Shown piece by piece: positions 17,419 through 26,398 of a DNA stretch of 45,600 nucleotides. A program made the translations under genes and the position numbers. The stretch covers positions 1 through 45,600 of IMG/VR virus record IMGVR_UViG_3300044724_000503; one strand, given 5' to 3'. The notes under the pieces were generated by a model. That model was not told where the DNA came from. It saw only the letters and a program-made list of their open reading frames with translations, and made no database searches. Each line of letters starts with the position of its first letter. The stretch's first letter is position 1. The DNA is from a virus. Its lineage: Duplodnaviria > Caudoviricetes.

Positions 17419-18173
17419 TTGAAAACCTTGCAGGTAAGAATGTTGCCATTTTAGGGTTAGGTGGCAGCATCCATGACTATGTCATGAACAAAATTAACTC
17501 AGCCGAATTTGATGAAGTATGGGGGATAAACAGTATAGGTGGGGTCATGCATGTTGATCGCACCTTCATGATGGATCCAGCAAGTAGATTTTTAGACGAC
17601 ATAAAAGCTGGGACACAAACTGGTATTGCCAAAGAGTTTCTACTTAAAACACCTAACAAAGGCCCCATATATTCTTGTTGTTTGGATGACAGAGTACCGG
17701 AGATCGAACTGTATCCACTGGTTGATGTCATAACTGATTTAGGCTTTTCCTACTTCAACAACACGGTGGCTTATGCGTTGGGGTTTGCTATTCACAACAA
17801 AGTTGAGACAATCAACTTGTTTGGAATAGACTTCAGTTACAAGAAGAATATTAACTTTGCAGAAGCTGGAAGAGCTTGTTGCGAGTTCTGGTGCGCGATT
17901 GCATTAGCTCGAGGCATACGAATAGAAACCGCCAAAACATCAGGCTTTCTTGATACAAATATTCCTGCTAATGAAAAGCTTTACGGCTATCACAGACTGG
18001 AAGATCCTCTTGTTCAAACAATTGAAGATGGTCAAATAAAGATTGTTCCACAGTCTGAGTATGTGAGTCAAAAAGAAGAAGAACTGACTTCCCCAGAAGC
18101 ACTAGATGCTCGTGAACCTGTTGTAATTGGTCGTCATGATATACCGGGAGTAACATATAATGATAAGCGTTGA
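17415..18173 (+). CDS. GT42/GT29/Maf-like glycosyltransferase-fold protein (putative)
   Basis: VAILGLGGS..DEVWGIN..NNTVAYALGFAI....INLFGIDFSY resembles CstII VIIAGNGPS..DVFRCN..TSGVYMCAVAI..GYKEIYLSGIDFY. Confidence 0.55.
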   Translation: MIENLAGKNVAILGLGGSIHDYVMNKINSAEFDEVWGINSIGGVMHVDRTFMMDPASRFLDDIKAGTQTGIAKEFLLKTPNKGPIYSCCLDDRVPEIELYPLVDVITDLGFSYFNNTVAYALGFAIHNKVETINLFGIDFSYKKNINFAEAGRACCEFWCAIALARGIRIETAKTSGFLDTNIPANEKLYGYHRLEDPLVQTIEDGQIKIVPQSEYVSQKEEELTSPEALDAREPVVIGRHDIPGVTYNDKR

Positions 18174-18450
18174 TGTAGGGATGGACGTAGGAAAGATTGA
18201 CGTTATGACCTCTAACGAGGGCGGTCTTTCCTCTGATCAAATTGCTGAAATGGCTAGAAAAAAGATAATCTACATTGCTGACGATGCCCCGCCAGCAATC
18301 AAGGATCAGGCTCAAGTTTTTGCAGATCGTGTGGAAAATACATTGCGGTATTACATAGACTTGGCGAAACGTGAAGAGCGTGGTACTATAACCCAGACCT
18401 TGCGGAATGCGGGTCATACCGACATTGCTGAATATATTAGGAGACTATAA
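18160..18450 (+). CDS. Hypothetical protein
   Basis: Coupled ORF within the structural block. Confidence 0.7.
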   Translation: MISVDVGMDVGKIDVMTSNEGGLSSDQIAEMARKKIIYIADDAPPAIKDQAQVFADRVENTLRYYIDLAKREERGTITQTLRNAGHTDIAEYIRRL

Positions 18451-18902
18451 TGGCAATTACGCAAGCGATGTGTACCTCTTTTAAGACGCAACTCCTAACA
18501 GGTACACATAATTTTACAAATGGTGCAAACAGCATTAAGTTGGCTTTGTACGCTATTTCTTCTGGCGGAAAATCAAGCTCTACAGCTACTTTGGGTGCGA
18601 CCACTACAGCTTTCACCACAACTGGTGAAGTGGCAAGTAGCGGTTCATACTCAACTGGTGGCGGTGCCTTGACAAATGTAACACCGACTTCTTCCGGCAC
18701 TACGGCCTTTGCAGATTTTAATGATCTGAGCTTCACCACAGCTACAATTACTGCCCGTGGTGCTTTGATCTACAATAGCTCTGCTACAAATGCGGCGGTA
18801 GCTGTTTTGGATTTTGGTGCAGACAAGACCTCAACCTCTGGCACGTTTACCATTCAGTTCCCAACAGCAGACTCCACAAACGCAATTATCCGTATCGCTT
18901 AA
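18450..18902 (+). CDS. Putative tail structural protein
   Basis: MAITQAMCTSFK..GALIYN..VLDFGADKT...GTFTIQFP; Thr-rich. Confidence 0.7.
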   Translation: MAITQAMCTSFKTQLLTGTHNFTNGANSIKLALYAISSGGKSSSTATLGATTTAFTTTGEVASSGSYSTGGGALTNVTPTSSGTTAFADFNDLSFTTATITARGALIYNSSATNAAVAVLDFGADKTSTSGTFTIQFPTADSTNAIIRIA

Positions 18903-18913
18903 CGGAGTAAGCT

Positions 18914-19672
18914 GTGGCTAACATCACGGGATGGGGCAGAGGCACTTGGGGCGAAGGGCCTTGGAATGAGGCCATACCCGTTGAAGTCACTGGCGTTCAA
19001 GGAACAACAGGTCTAGGTGAAGAAACCGCAACAGGAACGGCTCTTGTTGCGGTCACAGGTGTTTCTGCTACAGGTGCTTTAGGAACCCCATCCTTTAAGC
19101 TGGACGGTAAATTCCTTGCACCAAGTGTTTCGGCTACGGGTGCGGTAGGTTCCGTAACAGTAGCCGCAGGAGCGAGTGTTTCTGGCACAGGTGTTTCTGG
19201 CACAGGTGCAGTAGGCTCCGTTGCGGTAACAGGCACCTCTGTACTTACTCTTACAGGCACTTCGGCTACTGGAGAGGTTGGCACCGCATTAGCAGCGGGT
19301 GGTGCCATTGTCGAGGAAGATGGCCTTGAAGGTGCTGTCGGCTTTGGTGATGAGCAAGTTGTTGGCACAGCCAATGTGTTCCCGACAGGCGTTTCTGGCA
19401 CTGGCGCGATAGGCACAGCTACCGCAGAAGGCATAGCGATTGCTACTGTAAGCGGCGTAAGAGGTCTTAGTCTTTTAGGCAGACCGCAAGTAGATGACAT
19501 GGCAATCGGCGTTACAGGATTGTCAGCAAGCGGAAATATTGGTATTGTCTTTATCTGGGGAGAAATAATTGCTGATCAGACTGCTAACTGGTCAGAAATC
19601 GCCCCCGCAGATGCGGACATTTGGAGTGATATAACGCCTAACCAAGTTTCTGACTGGAAAGAGGTTGCATAG
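18914..19672 (+). CDS. Repeat-containing Gly/Thr/Val-rich virion protein
   Basis: GWGRGTWG start followed by about nine ~21-22-aa repeats of VxVTGVSATGAVGxV; Trp-repeat C-terminus. Confidence 0.75.
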   Translation: MANITGWGRGTWGEGPWNEAIPVEVTGVQGTTGLGEETATGTALVAVTGVSATGALGTPSFKLDGKFLAPSVSATGAVGSVTVAAGASVSGTGVSGTGAVGSVAVTGTSVLTLTGTSATGEVGTALAAGGAIVEEDGLEGAVGFGDEQVVGTANVFPTGVSGTGAIGTATAEGIAIATVSGVRGLSLLGRPQVDDMAIGVTGLSASGNIGIVFIWGEIIADQTANWSEIAPADADIWSDITPNQVSDWKEVA

Positions 19673-19674
19673 AA

Positions 19675-20148
19675 ATGAGTACATATACCACCAGAACAGG
19701 TATTGAAAAGCCAGCGACTGGTACACAGTCGGGTACTTGGGGCGATACCACAAACACTAATTTTGACATTATTGACACAGCCCTAAATGGGATTGTGACA
19801 CTTACCTTGTCTGGCACAAGTTCAAACCTCACCACAACTGATGGTACTGTCACAGACGGTATGAATAAAATGATTATTTGTGGCGGTTCCCCGTCTGGGA
19901 CACATACCATAACGGTTGTTCCAAATGACGCAGAAAAGATTTATTTCGTTACCAACAATACTACAGAATCTGTTATATTCTCTCAGGGCAGTGGCGCAAA
20001 TGTTACTGTTGCGGTTGGCGAGTCTCGTATTATTCATTGTGACGGTGCAGGGTCTGGTGCGGCTGTAACCGATTACACATCAACCTTGGCATCAAGCACC
20101 ACTTTTATTGACGGTCAAGCCACGGCCTTGGCAATTGCACTAGGATAG
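19675..20148 (+). CDS. Tail fibre-related protein
   Basis: GIEKPATG.QSGTWGDTTNTNFDIID N-terminal motif; ends ATALAIALG. Confidence 0.65.
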   Translation: MSTYTTRTGIEKPATGTQSGTWGDTTNTNFDIIDTALNGIVTLTLSGTSSNLTTTDGTVTDGMNKMIICGGSPSGTHTITVVPNDAEKIYFVTNNTTESVIFSQGSGANVTVAVGESRIIHCDGAGSGAAVTDYTSTLASSTTFIDGQATALAIALG

Positions 20149-20152
20149 AAAA

Positions 20153-20503
20153 ATGGCAAACACTTTTAAGGTAAAAACTGACGCAGCGGCTCCCGCAGCC
20201 GCAGGTACGTTTGATACTGTCTATACAGTGCCATCCTCCACAACAGCTATTGTTTTGGGTCTGATGGTTTGTAACGTAAAGACTTCGCAGGTTACGGCAT
20301 CTGTTCGATTGAACACAAATACAGTAGATACTGAAACCAATCAAACAGTTCTGTTGGTTCAGGATGTTCCGATCCCTGTTGGATCTAGTGTCGAGCTTCT
20401 TGCGGGTAACAAAGTTGTGATGCAGACCACAGACTTTTTGGAAATTGATTGCGACACCACGGCTGGTGTTGATGTGACTTTGAGTATTATGGAGATCACC
20501 TGA
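20153..20503 (+). CDS. Tail-associated protein
   Basis: MANTFK..YTVPS.TT..VLGL..N..IPVGSS..GNKVV..LSIMEIT. Confidence 0.65.
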   Translation: MANTFKVKTDAAAPAAAGTFDTVYTVPSSTTAIVLGLMVCNVKTSQVTASVRLNTNTVDTETNQTVLLVQDVPIPVGSSVELLAGNKVVMQTTDFLEIDCDTTAGVDVTLSIMEIT

Positions 20504-21321
20504 TGCCATATCTGGGTAATGCGCCTGCCGAAGCATACAGCAATATATCCTATCAGGATTTAACTGGTGGTAGCGGAACTACTTTTACTTTGGACTTCCC
20601 TGCTGGCGCACCGGGGGAGCTAGAGGTATTTGTAAATAATGTCCGTCAGGAGCCAAGCGTTGCTTACACGGTTTCTGGCACTACCCTGACCATGACAAGC
20701 ACCATTGCAGCCACTGACGACTTCTATGTGGTGTTCCAAGGCAAAGCCCAGCAGACCGTGAGGCATCCCGCTAATACCGCCTTGGAAGCAACTACTGGCA
20801 CGTTTAGTGGTGCTTTATCTGCTACAACAGGTACGTTTAGCGGTGCAGTTTCAATGGGTGCAAATAACATTACATTTAGTAATGGTAATGGAATTGATTT
20901 TAGTGCGTCTGCTGGTGGTGGGGCTTCTTCAAGTATTCTTGATGATTATGAAGAGGGGACTTGGACGCCTGTTCTATCTGGTGCAACCACAACAACTTAC
21001 ACTTCACAGATTGGTCATTATACAAAAATCGGTAACTTAGTTTATCTACTTTTTGATATACAAATCAATTCAGTGGGTGATGGAAGCACCACCACTATTA
21101 CAGGTCTTCCGTTTTCACAATTCAACAACGATGCGTTGGCTGTTTCATATTGGTCAGGATTAGCTGTGTCTCCTTATTTTGTATCATTTCAAATAGGTGG
21201 TGGACCTCAGGCTCTGGCCGTGGGAATAGTGGGTGCTGGGCCGAATATTACAAATGGGTTGGGCATTTTTGGCAACAGTGCAAGAATAATAGCTAGTGGT
21301 TGTTATAGAACACCAGCATAA
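20503..21321 (+). CDS. Tail fibre / receptor-binding protein
   Basis: MPYLGN anchor with VFVNNVRQEP; ATTGTFSGA repeats; LDDYEEGTWTP..YTKIGNLV head domain. Confidence 0.75.
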   Translation: MPYLGNAPAEAYSNISYQDLTGGSGTTFTLDFPAGAPGELEVFVNNVRQEPSVAYTVSGTTLTMTSTIAATDDFYVVFQGKAQQTVRHPANTALEATTGTFSGALSATTGTFSGAVSMGANNITFSNGNGIDFSASAGGGASSSILDDYEEGTWTPVLSGATTTTYTSQIGHYTKIGNLVYLLFDIQINSVGDGSTTTITGLPFSQFNNDALAVSYWSGLAVSPYFVSFQIGGGPQALAVGIVGAGPNITNGLGIFGNSARIIASGCYRTPA

Positions 21322-21356
21322 CCTGATTGGATTATCAGGTCGGACAGGAGATAAAA

Positions 21357-21608
21357 ATGTCACTAACAGAAGAACAAGTACAAGACAAAATTGAGATAGT
21401 GGGTGAGCATAAATATGTTCAAGTGCGTACAGCTACTATTATTAAACGTGACGGCGTTGAAATTAGCCGTACCTTTCACAGACACACTGTAGCACCAGAC
21501 GCTGACATCACAGGCGAAAGCGCAGAGGTTCAAGCTATCTGTGCGGCTGTGCATACACAGGCTGTAAAGGATGCGTATGCTGCGCATTTAGCGGCACAAG
21601 ATATTTAA
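21357..21608 (+). CDS. Small fibre-associated protein (chaperone-like)
   Basis: Start reassigned to ATG 21357 after SD CAGGAG; DKIEIVG..VQVR..EISRTFHRH. Confidence 0.7.
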   Translation: MSLTEEQVQDKIEIVGEHKYVQVRTATIIKRDGVEISRTFHRHTVAPDADITGESAEVQAICAAVHTQAVKDAYAAHLAAQDI

Positions 21609-21620
21609 TAGGGGTAGCCG

Positions 21621-22118
21621 ATGGCACTTTCTAAGATAACAAATGATGGTGTAACTGGGCTGTCTATTGATAGCAGCGGTCGGATGCTGACGCCTGCTAG
21701 GCCAGCATTTAGGGTAAAATTTGATGCAGACACCTCCGCCATAAATATATCTACAATCCAAACATTAGACTTCAACACATATGGCTCTGTTGATTTTGAT
21801 ATTGGAAGCAACTTTGTTTTAGCAAGCAATAAGTTTGTAGCCCCGATTTCTGGTTTATATCAAATTGATTCACAAGTTGTAATTCAGAGTGCTGAAGCGT
21901 CTACTGGTGTTTATATTTATGTCAATATAAATGGAACAGATACTCGTGCAGGGGAAATAAACGACCCGCAAGGCGGTGGATATGCTTCAACAAGATATTC
22001 TGGGTTGTTTAATCTAACGGCAAATGATGAAATCCTGATAAGGGTTAGAACAATATCAGATACATCTGTCACTCTTAGGGGTGATGGCACAGATTTTAGC
22101 GGATATTTAGTAGGATAA
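21621..22118 (+). CDS. C1q/TNF-like domain fibre or spike protein
   Basis: PAFRV..F..V.FDIGSNF....KFVAPISGLYQ...FSGYLVG C1q pattern. Confidence 0.75.
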   Translation: MALSKITNDGVTGLSIDSSGRMLTPARPAFRVKFDADTSAINISTIQTLDFNTYGSVDFDIGSNFVLASNKFVAPISGLYQIDSQVVIQSAEASTGVYIYVNINGTDTRAGEINDPQGGGYASTRYSGLFNLTANDEILIRVRTISDTSVTLRGDGTDFSGYLVG

Positions 22119-22122
22119 CGAT

Positions 22123-22203
22123 ATGGCATACATAGGCAAATCCCCAACAGGAACTGGCGTAAGGTGCAGCCTAGATGATGTAGTCTGGCCGGAGAAACCA
22201 TAA
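22123..22203 (+). pseudogene. 26-aa fusion remnant (MAYIGKSPTGTGVR-CSLDDVVWPEKP) of a deleted fibre-plus-chaperone module
   Basis: First 14 aa match the start of 23500 (MPYIGKSPTGSGVR) at 12/14. The remainder resembles a chaperone C-terminus (WPxxP). TAATG-coupled to the next gene. Confidence 0.75.
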
Positions 22204-23315
22204 TGACACAAGCACGTGATTTAGCAGATTTGGCAGGGGCGGCAACCGCTGGCACGATTACAGGTCGCAACATGGTTATCAATGGGGCGATGACTGTGGC
22301 ACAGCGGGGAAGCTTAACAGGCCAAACAGGAACTGTTTACACGGCTTGTGACAGGTTTCTTAGTGCTGAAGTGGGTGATACTGTTACAACTTCAACACAA
22401 GATACTGATGTACCGTCTGGGCAAGGATTTGCAAATTCATTAAAAATTGATGTGACAACAGCAGATGCTAGTTTAGCGGCTTCTGATGTTTTCCTTGTTA
22501 TGACAAGACTAGAAGGGCAAGATTTACAGCATTTGCTTTATGGCACTAGCGGTGCAAAAGATTTGACTATTAGTTTTTGGGTAAAGTCGCCAAAGACGGG
22601 AACTCATATTCTTGAACTGCGCCATAATGATGCAACCTATTTTAATTCTCAAGCATACACTATTACATCTGCAAACACTTGGCAGAAAGTAGAACTTACA
22701 TTTAGTGGGTACACAGCTACAGCGTTTGACAATGACAATGCGTATAGTTTGGGTATTACTTGGTTTTTAGCGGCTGGTAGTGATTACACAAGTGGCACAT
22801 TATCTTCAAACACTTGGCACAATACAGGGGCTAATCGTGCAGTTGGTCAGGTTAATTGTGTTGATGATGCGGCTAATAACTTCTACCTCACAGGCGTTCA
22901 GCTTGAAGTAGGCTCAACTGCCACGCCGTTTGAACACGAGGATTACGGTACTACGCTTGCGAAGTGTCAGCGTTATTATTACAAGATAATAAAAAATGAC
23001 GGAACTGTAACTTACTTTGGTACAGGTTATCATAAAAACACTACTCAAAGTCGTATTGTTTGTGATTTGCCTGTACCCATGAGGATAAAACCTACTGCTC
23101 TTGAACAGACTGGTACGGCTGGAGAGTACGCAACTTTTGAAGGTGGTACACAAGTAACTTGTACAGTAGTCCCAACGTACACCACTTATGGCACTGAATT
23201 TCGTCAAATAGTGCAATTTACATCTAGTGGACTTGTTACTGGCGGTGCTGGTGATGGTAGAACAAAAGATGTATCGGACGGAACAGTGTATTTAGCTTGG
23301 AGTGCTGAACTATGA
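22203..23315 (+). CDS. Tail fibre / carbohydrate-binding-like protein (paralog of 24833)
   Basis: ARDLADL..RNMVINGAMTVAQRG..DRF..TGVQLEVG..FEHEDYGTTLAKCQRYY. Confidence 0.75.
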   Translation: MTQARDLADLAGAATAGTITGRNMVINGAMTVAQRGSLTGQTGTVYTACDRFLSAEVGDTVTTSTQDTDVPSGQGFANSLKIDVTTADASLAASDVFLVMTRLEGQDLQHLLYGTSGAKDLTISFWVKSPKTGTHILELRHNDATYFNSQAYTITSANTWQKVELTFSGYTATAFDNDNAYSLGITWFLAAGSDYTSGTLSSNTWHNTGANRAVGQVNCVDDAANNFYLTGVQLEVGSTATPFEHEDYGTTLAKCQRYYYKIIKNDGTVTYFGTGYHKNTTQSRIVCDLPVPMRIKPTALEQTGTAGEYATFEGGTQVTCTVVPTYTTYGTEFRQIVQFTSSGLVTGGAGDGRTKDVSDGTVYLAWSAEL

Positions 23316-23500
23316 GTTATTCGTTCATGTTTACAGATGATGATGGTTCTCACATTTACATTAGAGATGACCAGAAAAGAACTTGCATTGGGATTGATGC
23401 AGAGTTTCAACAATGGCTTCGTGACAATCAGGACAATCTGCCTGATGACATCCAAGCCAAGATTGATGCTGGCGACTTAACTATTGAGGATGCAAACTAA
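23312..23500 (+). CDS. Small fibre partner protein (ends AGDLTIEDAN)
   Basis: Coupled on both sides; C-terminus similar to 25850. Confidence 0.7.
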   Translation: MSYSFMFTDDDGSHIYIRDDQKRTCIGIDAEFQQWLRDNQDNLPDDIQAKIDAGDLTIEDAN

Positions 23501-24600
23501 TGCCATACATAGGTAAATCCCCAACAGGGTCTGGTGTACGCACTAGATATTACTTTACCGCTACTGGCGGCGAAACATCACTTTCTGGTGCAGATGATGG
23601 TGGCAAGACGCTCACCTTCTCTGATGGAGAGTATGTAGACGTATACCTAAACGGGATTGCCCTCGTAGCTGGCACTGACTATGGCACGGCTACAGCGAAC
23701 ACCATCAGCGGTCTTGCTGCACTATCTACTAACGACATTGTAGAGGTTGTTGTCTACGACATTTACAACGTAGCCAAGATTAACAGCGAAGCGGTTCGCA
23801 CACGCCATTACTATACAGCCACAGGTGGTGAGACATCTATTGGCACCGCGCAGATCCCCGGCCTGTCTTTTCCCGGCGGCACAGAGATTGAGGTTAGCCT
23901 CAACGGTATTTCACTTGTGGCTGGCACAGATTACAACACAACAGCCGCAAACACTGTAGGCGGTCTGTCCGCACTCTCTGCTGGCAACGTCATTGAGATT
24001 ATTATCTATGACAAGTTCCAGCTTGCTGACACCGTGAGCAAGGCTCAAGGCGGCACGTTTAGTGGTGCAATTACAGCTAATAGTGGTTTGAATGTAGGCA
24101 CAATCAAAGAGGCTACTGGCACGACTACGGCCATGACTATTGATAGTAGTGGTCAGGTACTTTTGTCTGCCATACCATATATAAGAATGAAATCTACAGG
24201 CACTGTAAGCGTAAATTTAAGTACTTCCTTGGCAGTTCCATTTAATAATGTAATTGCCTCAAGGGGTATAACACTAAATACCTCAACTTATAAATTTCAG
24301 GTTCCAGTTACGGGGTTGTATCATTTTTCTGGAGCGGTGCGTTGGAACAGAGCAGCAAGTACTTATGTTTGGTGGAGAGTGGATGACGGAACTGGCACTG
24401 CTGTTCAAGATTCGTCGTTAGTTTTGAATGGGATGCACAATGCTACTGGTAATACCTTTGTTACCTCCGCTGGTGCATTTCTCTGTCCACTGACTGCATC
24501 AACCGACTATCAAATAAGTCTTGGTGACGGTTCAACTAGCACAGCGGTCGTTGAATCTAACCAAACCTTTATGGCGATTTATTTAGTGGGGGCTAGTTAG
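23500..24600 (+). CDS. Tail fibre with duplicated anchor domain and C1q-like head
   Basis: Two copies of RxxYxxTATGGET..V.LNGI.LVAGTDY..GL.ALS; FQVPVTGLYHFS head. Confidence 0.75.
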   Translation: MPYIGKSPTGSGVRTRYYFTATGGETSLSGADDGGKTLTFSDGEYVDVYLNGIALVAGTDYGTATANTISGLAALSTNDIVEVVVYDIYNVAKINSEAVRTRHYYTATGGETSIGTAQIPGLSFPGGTEIEVSLNGISLVAGTDYNTTAANTVGGLSALSAGNVIEIIIYDKFQLADTVSKAQGGTFSGAITANSGLNVGTIKEATGTTTAMTIDSSGQVLLSAIPYIRMKSTGTVSVNLSTSLAVPFNNVIASRGITLNTSTYKFQVPVTGLYHFSGAVRWNRAASTYVWWRVDDGTGTAVQDSSLVLNGMHNATGNTFVTSAGAFLCPLTASTDYQISLGDGSTSTAVVESNQTFMAIYLVGAS

Positions 24601-24602
24601 AT

Positions 24603-24836
24603 ATGGCAAACTATAAAAATATTGAATATCGTCAACCTTTGGAAACTGATGTTGATGCAAAAACAACAGCCACGTTGATATTGCAAGCATCAGATTGGAC
24701 ACAGCTACCAGACAGCGGCCTTACATCAGACTGCGTTGCGGCGTTTGCCACCTATCGTGCAAGCATCCGCACCATCAGACAAACAAACCCTGATAATCCA
24801 ACTTGGCCTGATGCGCCTACGGAGGAGTGGTCATGA
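24603..24836 (+). CDS. Tail fibre assembly chaperone
   Basis: L.ASDWTQLPDS..FATYRASIR.I..PTWPDAP motif. Confidence 0.8.
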   Translation: MANYKNIEYRQPLETDVDAKTTATLILQASDWTQLPDSGLTSDCVAAFATYRASIRTIRQTNPDNPTWPDAPTEEWS

Positions 24837-25849
24837 GCAGAGCCAGAGACTTAGCAGACTTAGGTGGCAGCGCAGATGCGGGTGTACTGACAGGCCGCAA
24901 CCTCATCATCAATGGAGGCATGTCTGTCGCACAAAGAGGCACGTCAAGCACTTCAGCAGGAATAAACTCAGTAGATAGGTGGAATGCGGCTTTTGGCGGC
25001 TCTGGGGCTGCTGTCACACAATCGCAAGAAAGTCTGAGTTCAAGTGATGCCCCATATGCTTTAGGACTTAGAAACTATTTCAGGTCAACAGTTACAGGCA
25101 CTTCTACTGATACTGGTGCTTATCATCAAATTCTACAGTATGTAGAAGCACAAAATATGGCTCAAAGTGGTTGGAACTTTACTTCTACTAGTTCTTATAT
25201 AACGGTTTCATTTTGGGTTCGTTCAAGTCTTGCTGGTACCTATACAGTTTATTTTCAAAGCAAAGATGGTACTGAGCAAGTATATGCTCACGAATTTACC
25301 CTCAGTGCTAATACTTGGACAAAAGTAACTGAAACAATGCCGGGAAATTTAAATATTACCATAAACAATGATAATGGTCAGGGGCTACTTGTTGATGTAT
25401 TGGCACATTTTGGCACTGATTACACGACATCTGGAAGTACAACAAATGCTTGGAAGACAAACGATAGCGCAGATATCACCAAAGACTATGCTCAAAACTG
25501 GTTAAATACTTCTGGCGCAACTTTTGATTTGACTGGCTTTCAGCTTGAGGTAGGCACTACTGCAACAGACTTTGAACACGAGGACTACGGCACTACGCTT
25601 GCAAAGTGTCAGCGGTATTATTTTCAATACGATGGTATCATTTATGGACAAGATTACGGCGGTGTTTATACATTGGGTTCTGTTAATAACCCCGTAACAA
25701 TGAGGGCGCAACCCACTTACTCAGCAAGTGCAAACCCTAGTTCATTTACGCTAACCCCCAGTGGCAAATCTTTGGGTTGGATTATTCAGACTTCAGCACC
25801 CGACATATCAAACGGGGTTACTAATCTTGCAGGAACTGCGGAGTTATAA
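24833..25849 (+). CDS. Tail fibre / carbohydrate-binding-like protein (paralog of 22203)
   Basis: ATG 24833 (ATGA overlap); RNLIINGGMSVAQRG..DRW..QLEVG..FEHEDYGTTLAKCQRYY. Confidence 0.75.
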   Translation: MSRARDLADLGGSADAGVLTGRNLIINGGMSVAQRGTSSTSAGINSVDRWNAAFGGSGAAVTQSQESLSSSDAPYALGLRNYFRSTVTGTSTDTGAYHQILQYVEAQNMAQSGWNFTSTSSYITVSFWVRSSLAGTYTVYFQSKDGTEQVYAHEFTLSANTWTKVTETMPGNLNITINNDNGQGLLVDVLAHFGTDYTTSGSTTNAWKTNDSADITKDYAQNWLNTSGATFDLTGFQLEVGTTATDFEHEDYGTTLAKCQRYYFQYDGIIYGQDYGGVYTLGSVNNPVTMRAQPTYSASANPSSFTLTPSGKSLGWIIQTSAPDISNGVTNLAGTAEL

Positions 25850-26029
25850 ATGGACATAACGTCAGCACAATTTCTAAACAACCCGATTACAAACGAAGCT
25901 AACTCACTGATTATAGCTATCATTGATGGCACAGAAATGTTTGTACCACTTGACCCAGACAATACACACTACGCAGAAATCATGCGCCAAGTAGAAGCTG
26001 GCACCCTGACCATACAGGATGCAGACTAA
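25850..26029 (+). CDS. 59-aa fibre partner protein missing from the ORF track (MDITSAQF...VPLDPDNTHYAEIMRQVEAGTLTIQDAD)
   Basis: Fills the gap exactly; C-terminus paralogous to 23312. Confidence 0.8.
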   Translation: MDITSAQFLNNPITNEANSLIIAIIDGTEMFVPLDPDNTHYAEIMRQVEAGTLTIQDAD

Positions 26030-26391
26030 TGCCTTTAACCAAGCTGCAATTCAAGCCGGGGGTCGTAAAGGATACCACAGCGTATTCTAACGAAGGCGGC
26101 TGGGTTGACAGCGACAAGGTTAGATTTCGCTTTGGCTATCCAGAGAAGATTGGTGGTTGGCAGAACAGGACTCAAGATACTTTTCTTGGCACACCCAGAT
26201 CTTTACATGCGTGGCAGTCTCTTGGTGGGGTGCCATATGTAGGTATGGGAACCACTAAAAAATATTACATTGAGTCAGGTGAGATATTTAACAATATCAC
26301 CCCAATACGGTTTAGTGTTATGGTTCCAGCTAGGCCAACGTCTGTTTCTGCAATATCAGGGCTAGGGTCTGTAACTGTAGCAATATCATAG
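26029..26391 (+). CDS. N-terminal part of tail nozzle / stabilization protein (split gene)
   Basis: LQFKPG..NEGGW...DKVRFR.G.PEKIGGW..NITPIR, then an LGSVTVAIS tail and stop. Confidence 0.7.
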   Translation: MPLTKLQFKPGVVKDTTAYSNEGGWVDSDKVRFRFGYPEKIGGWQNRTQDTFLGTPRSLHAWQSLGGVPYVGMGTTKKYYIESGEIFNNITPIRFSVMVPARPTSVSAISGLGSVTVAIS

Positions 26392-26398
26392 GTGCAAT

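Noticed and set aside
18997-19500. 167-aa antisense Pro/Thr/Ala-rich ORF
   Set aside because: Shadow of the Gly/Thr/Val repeat gene; no independent signals.
22929-25620. Diversity-generating retroelement TR/VR pair
   Set aside because: Mismatches are synonymous and not adenine-specific, both copies are coding, and there is no reverse transcriptase in the window.
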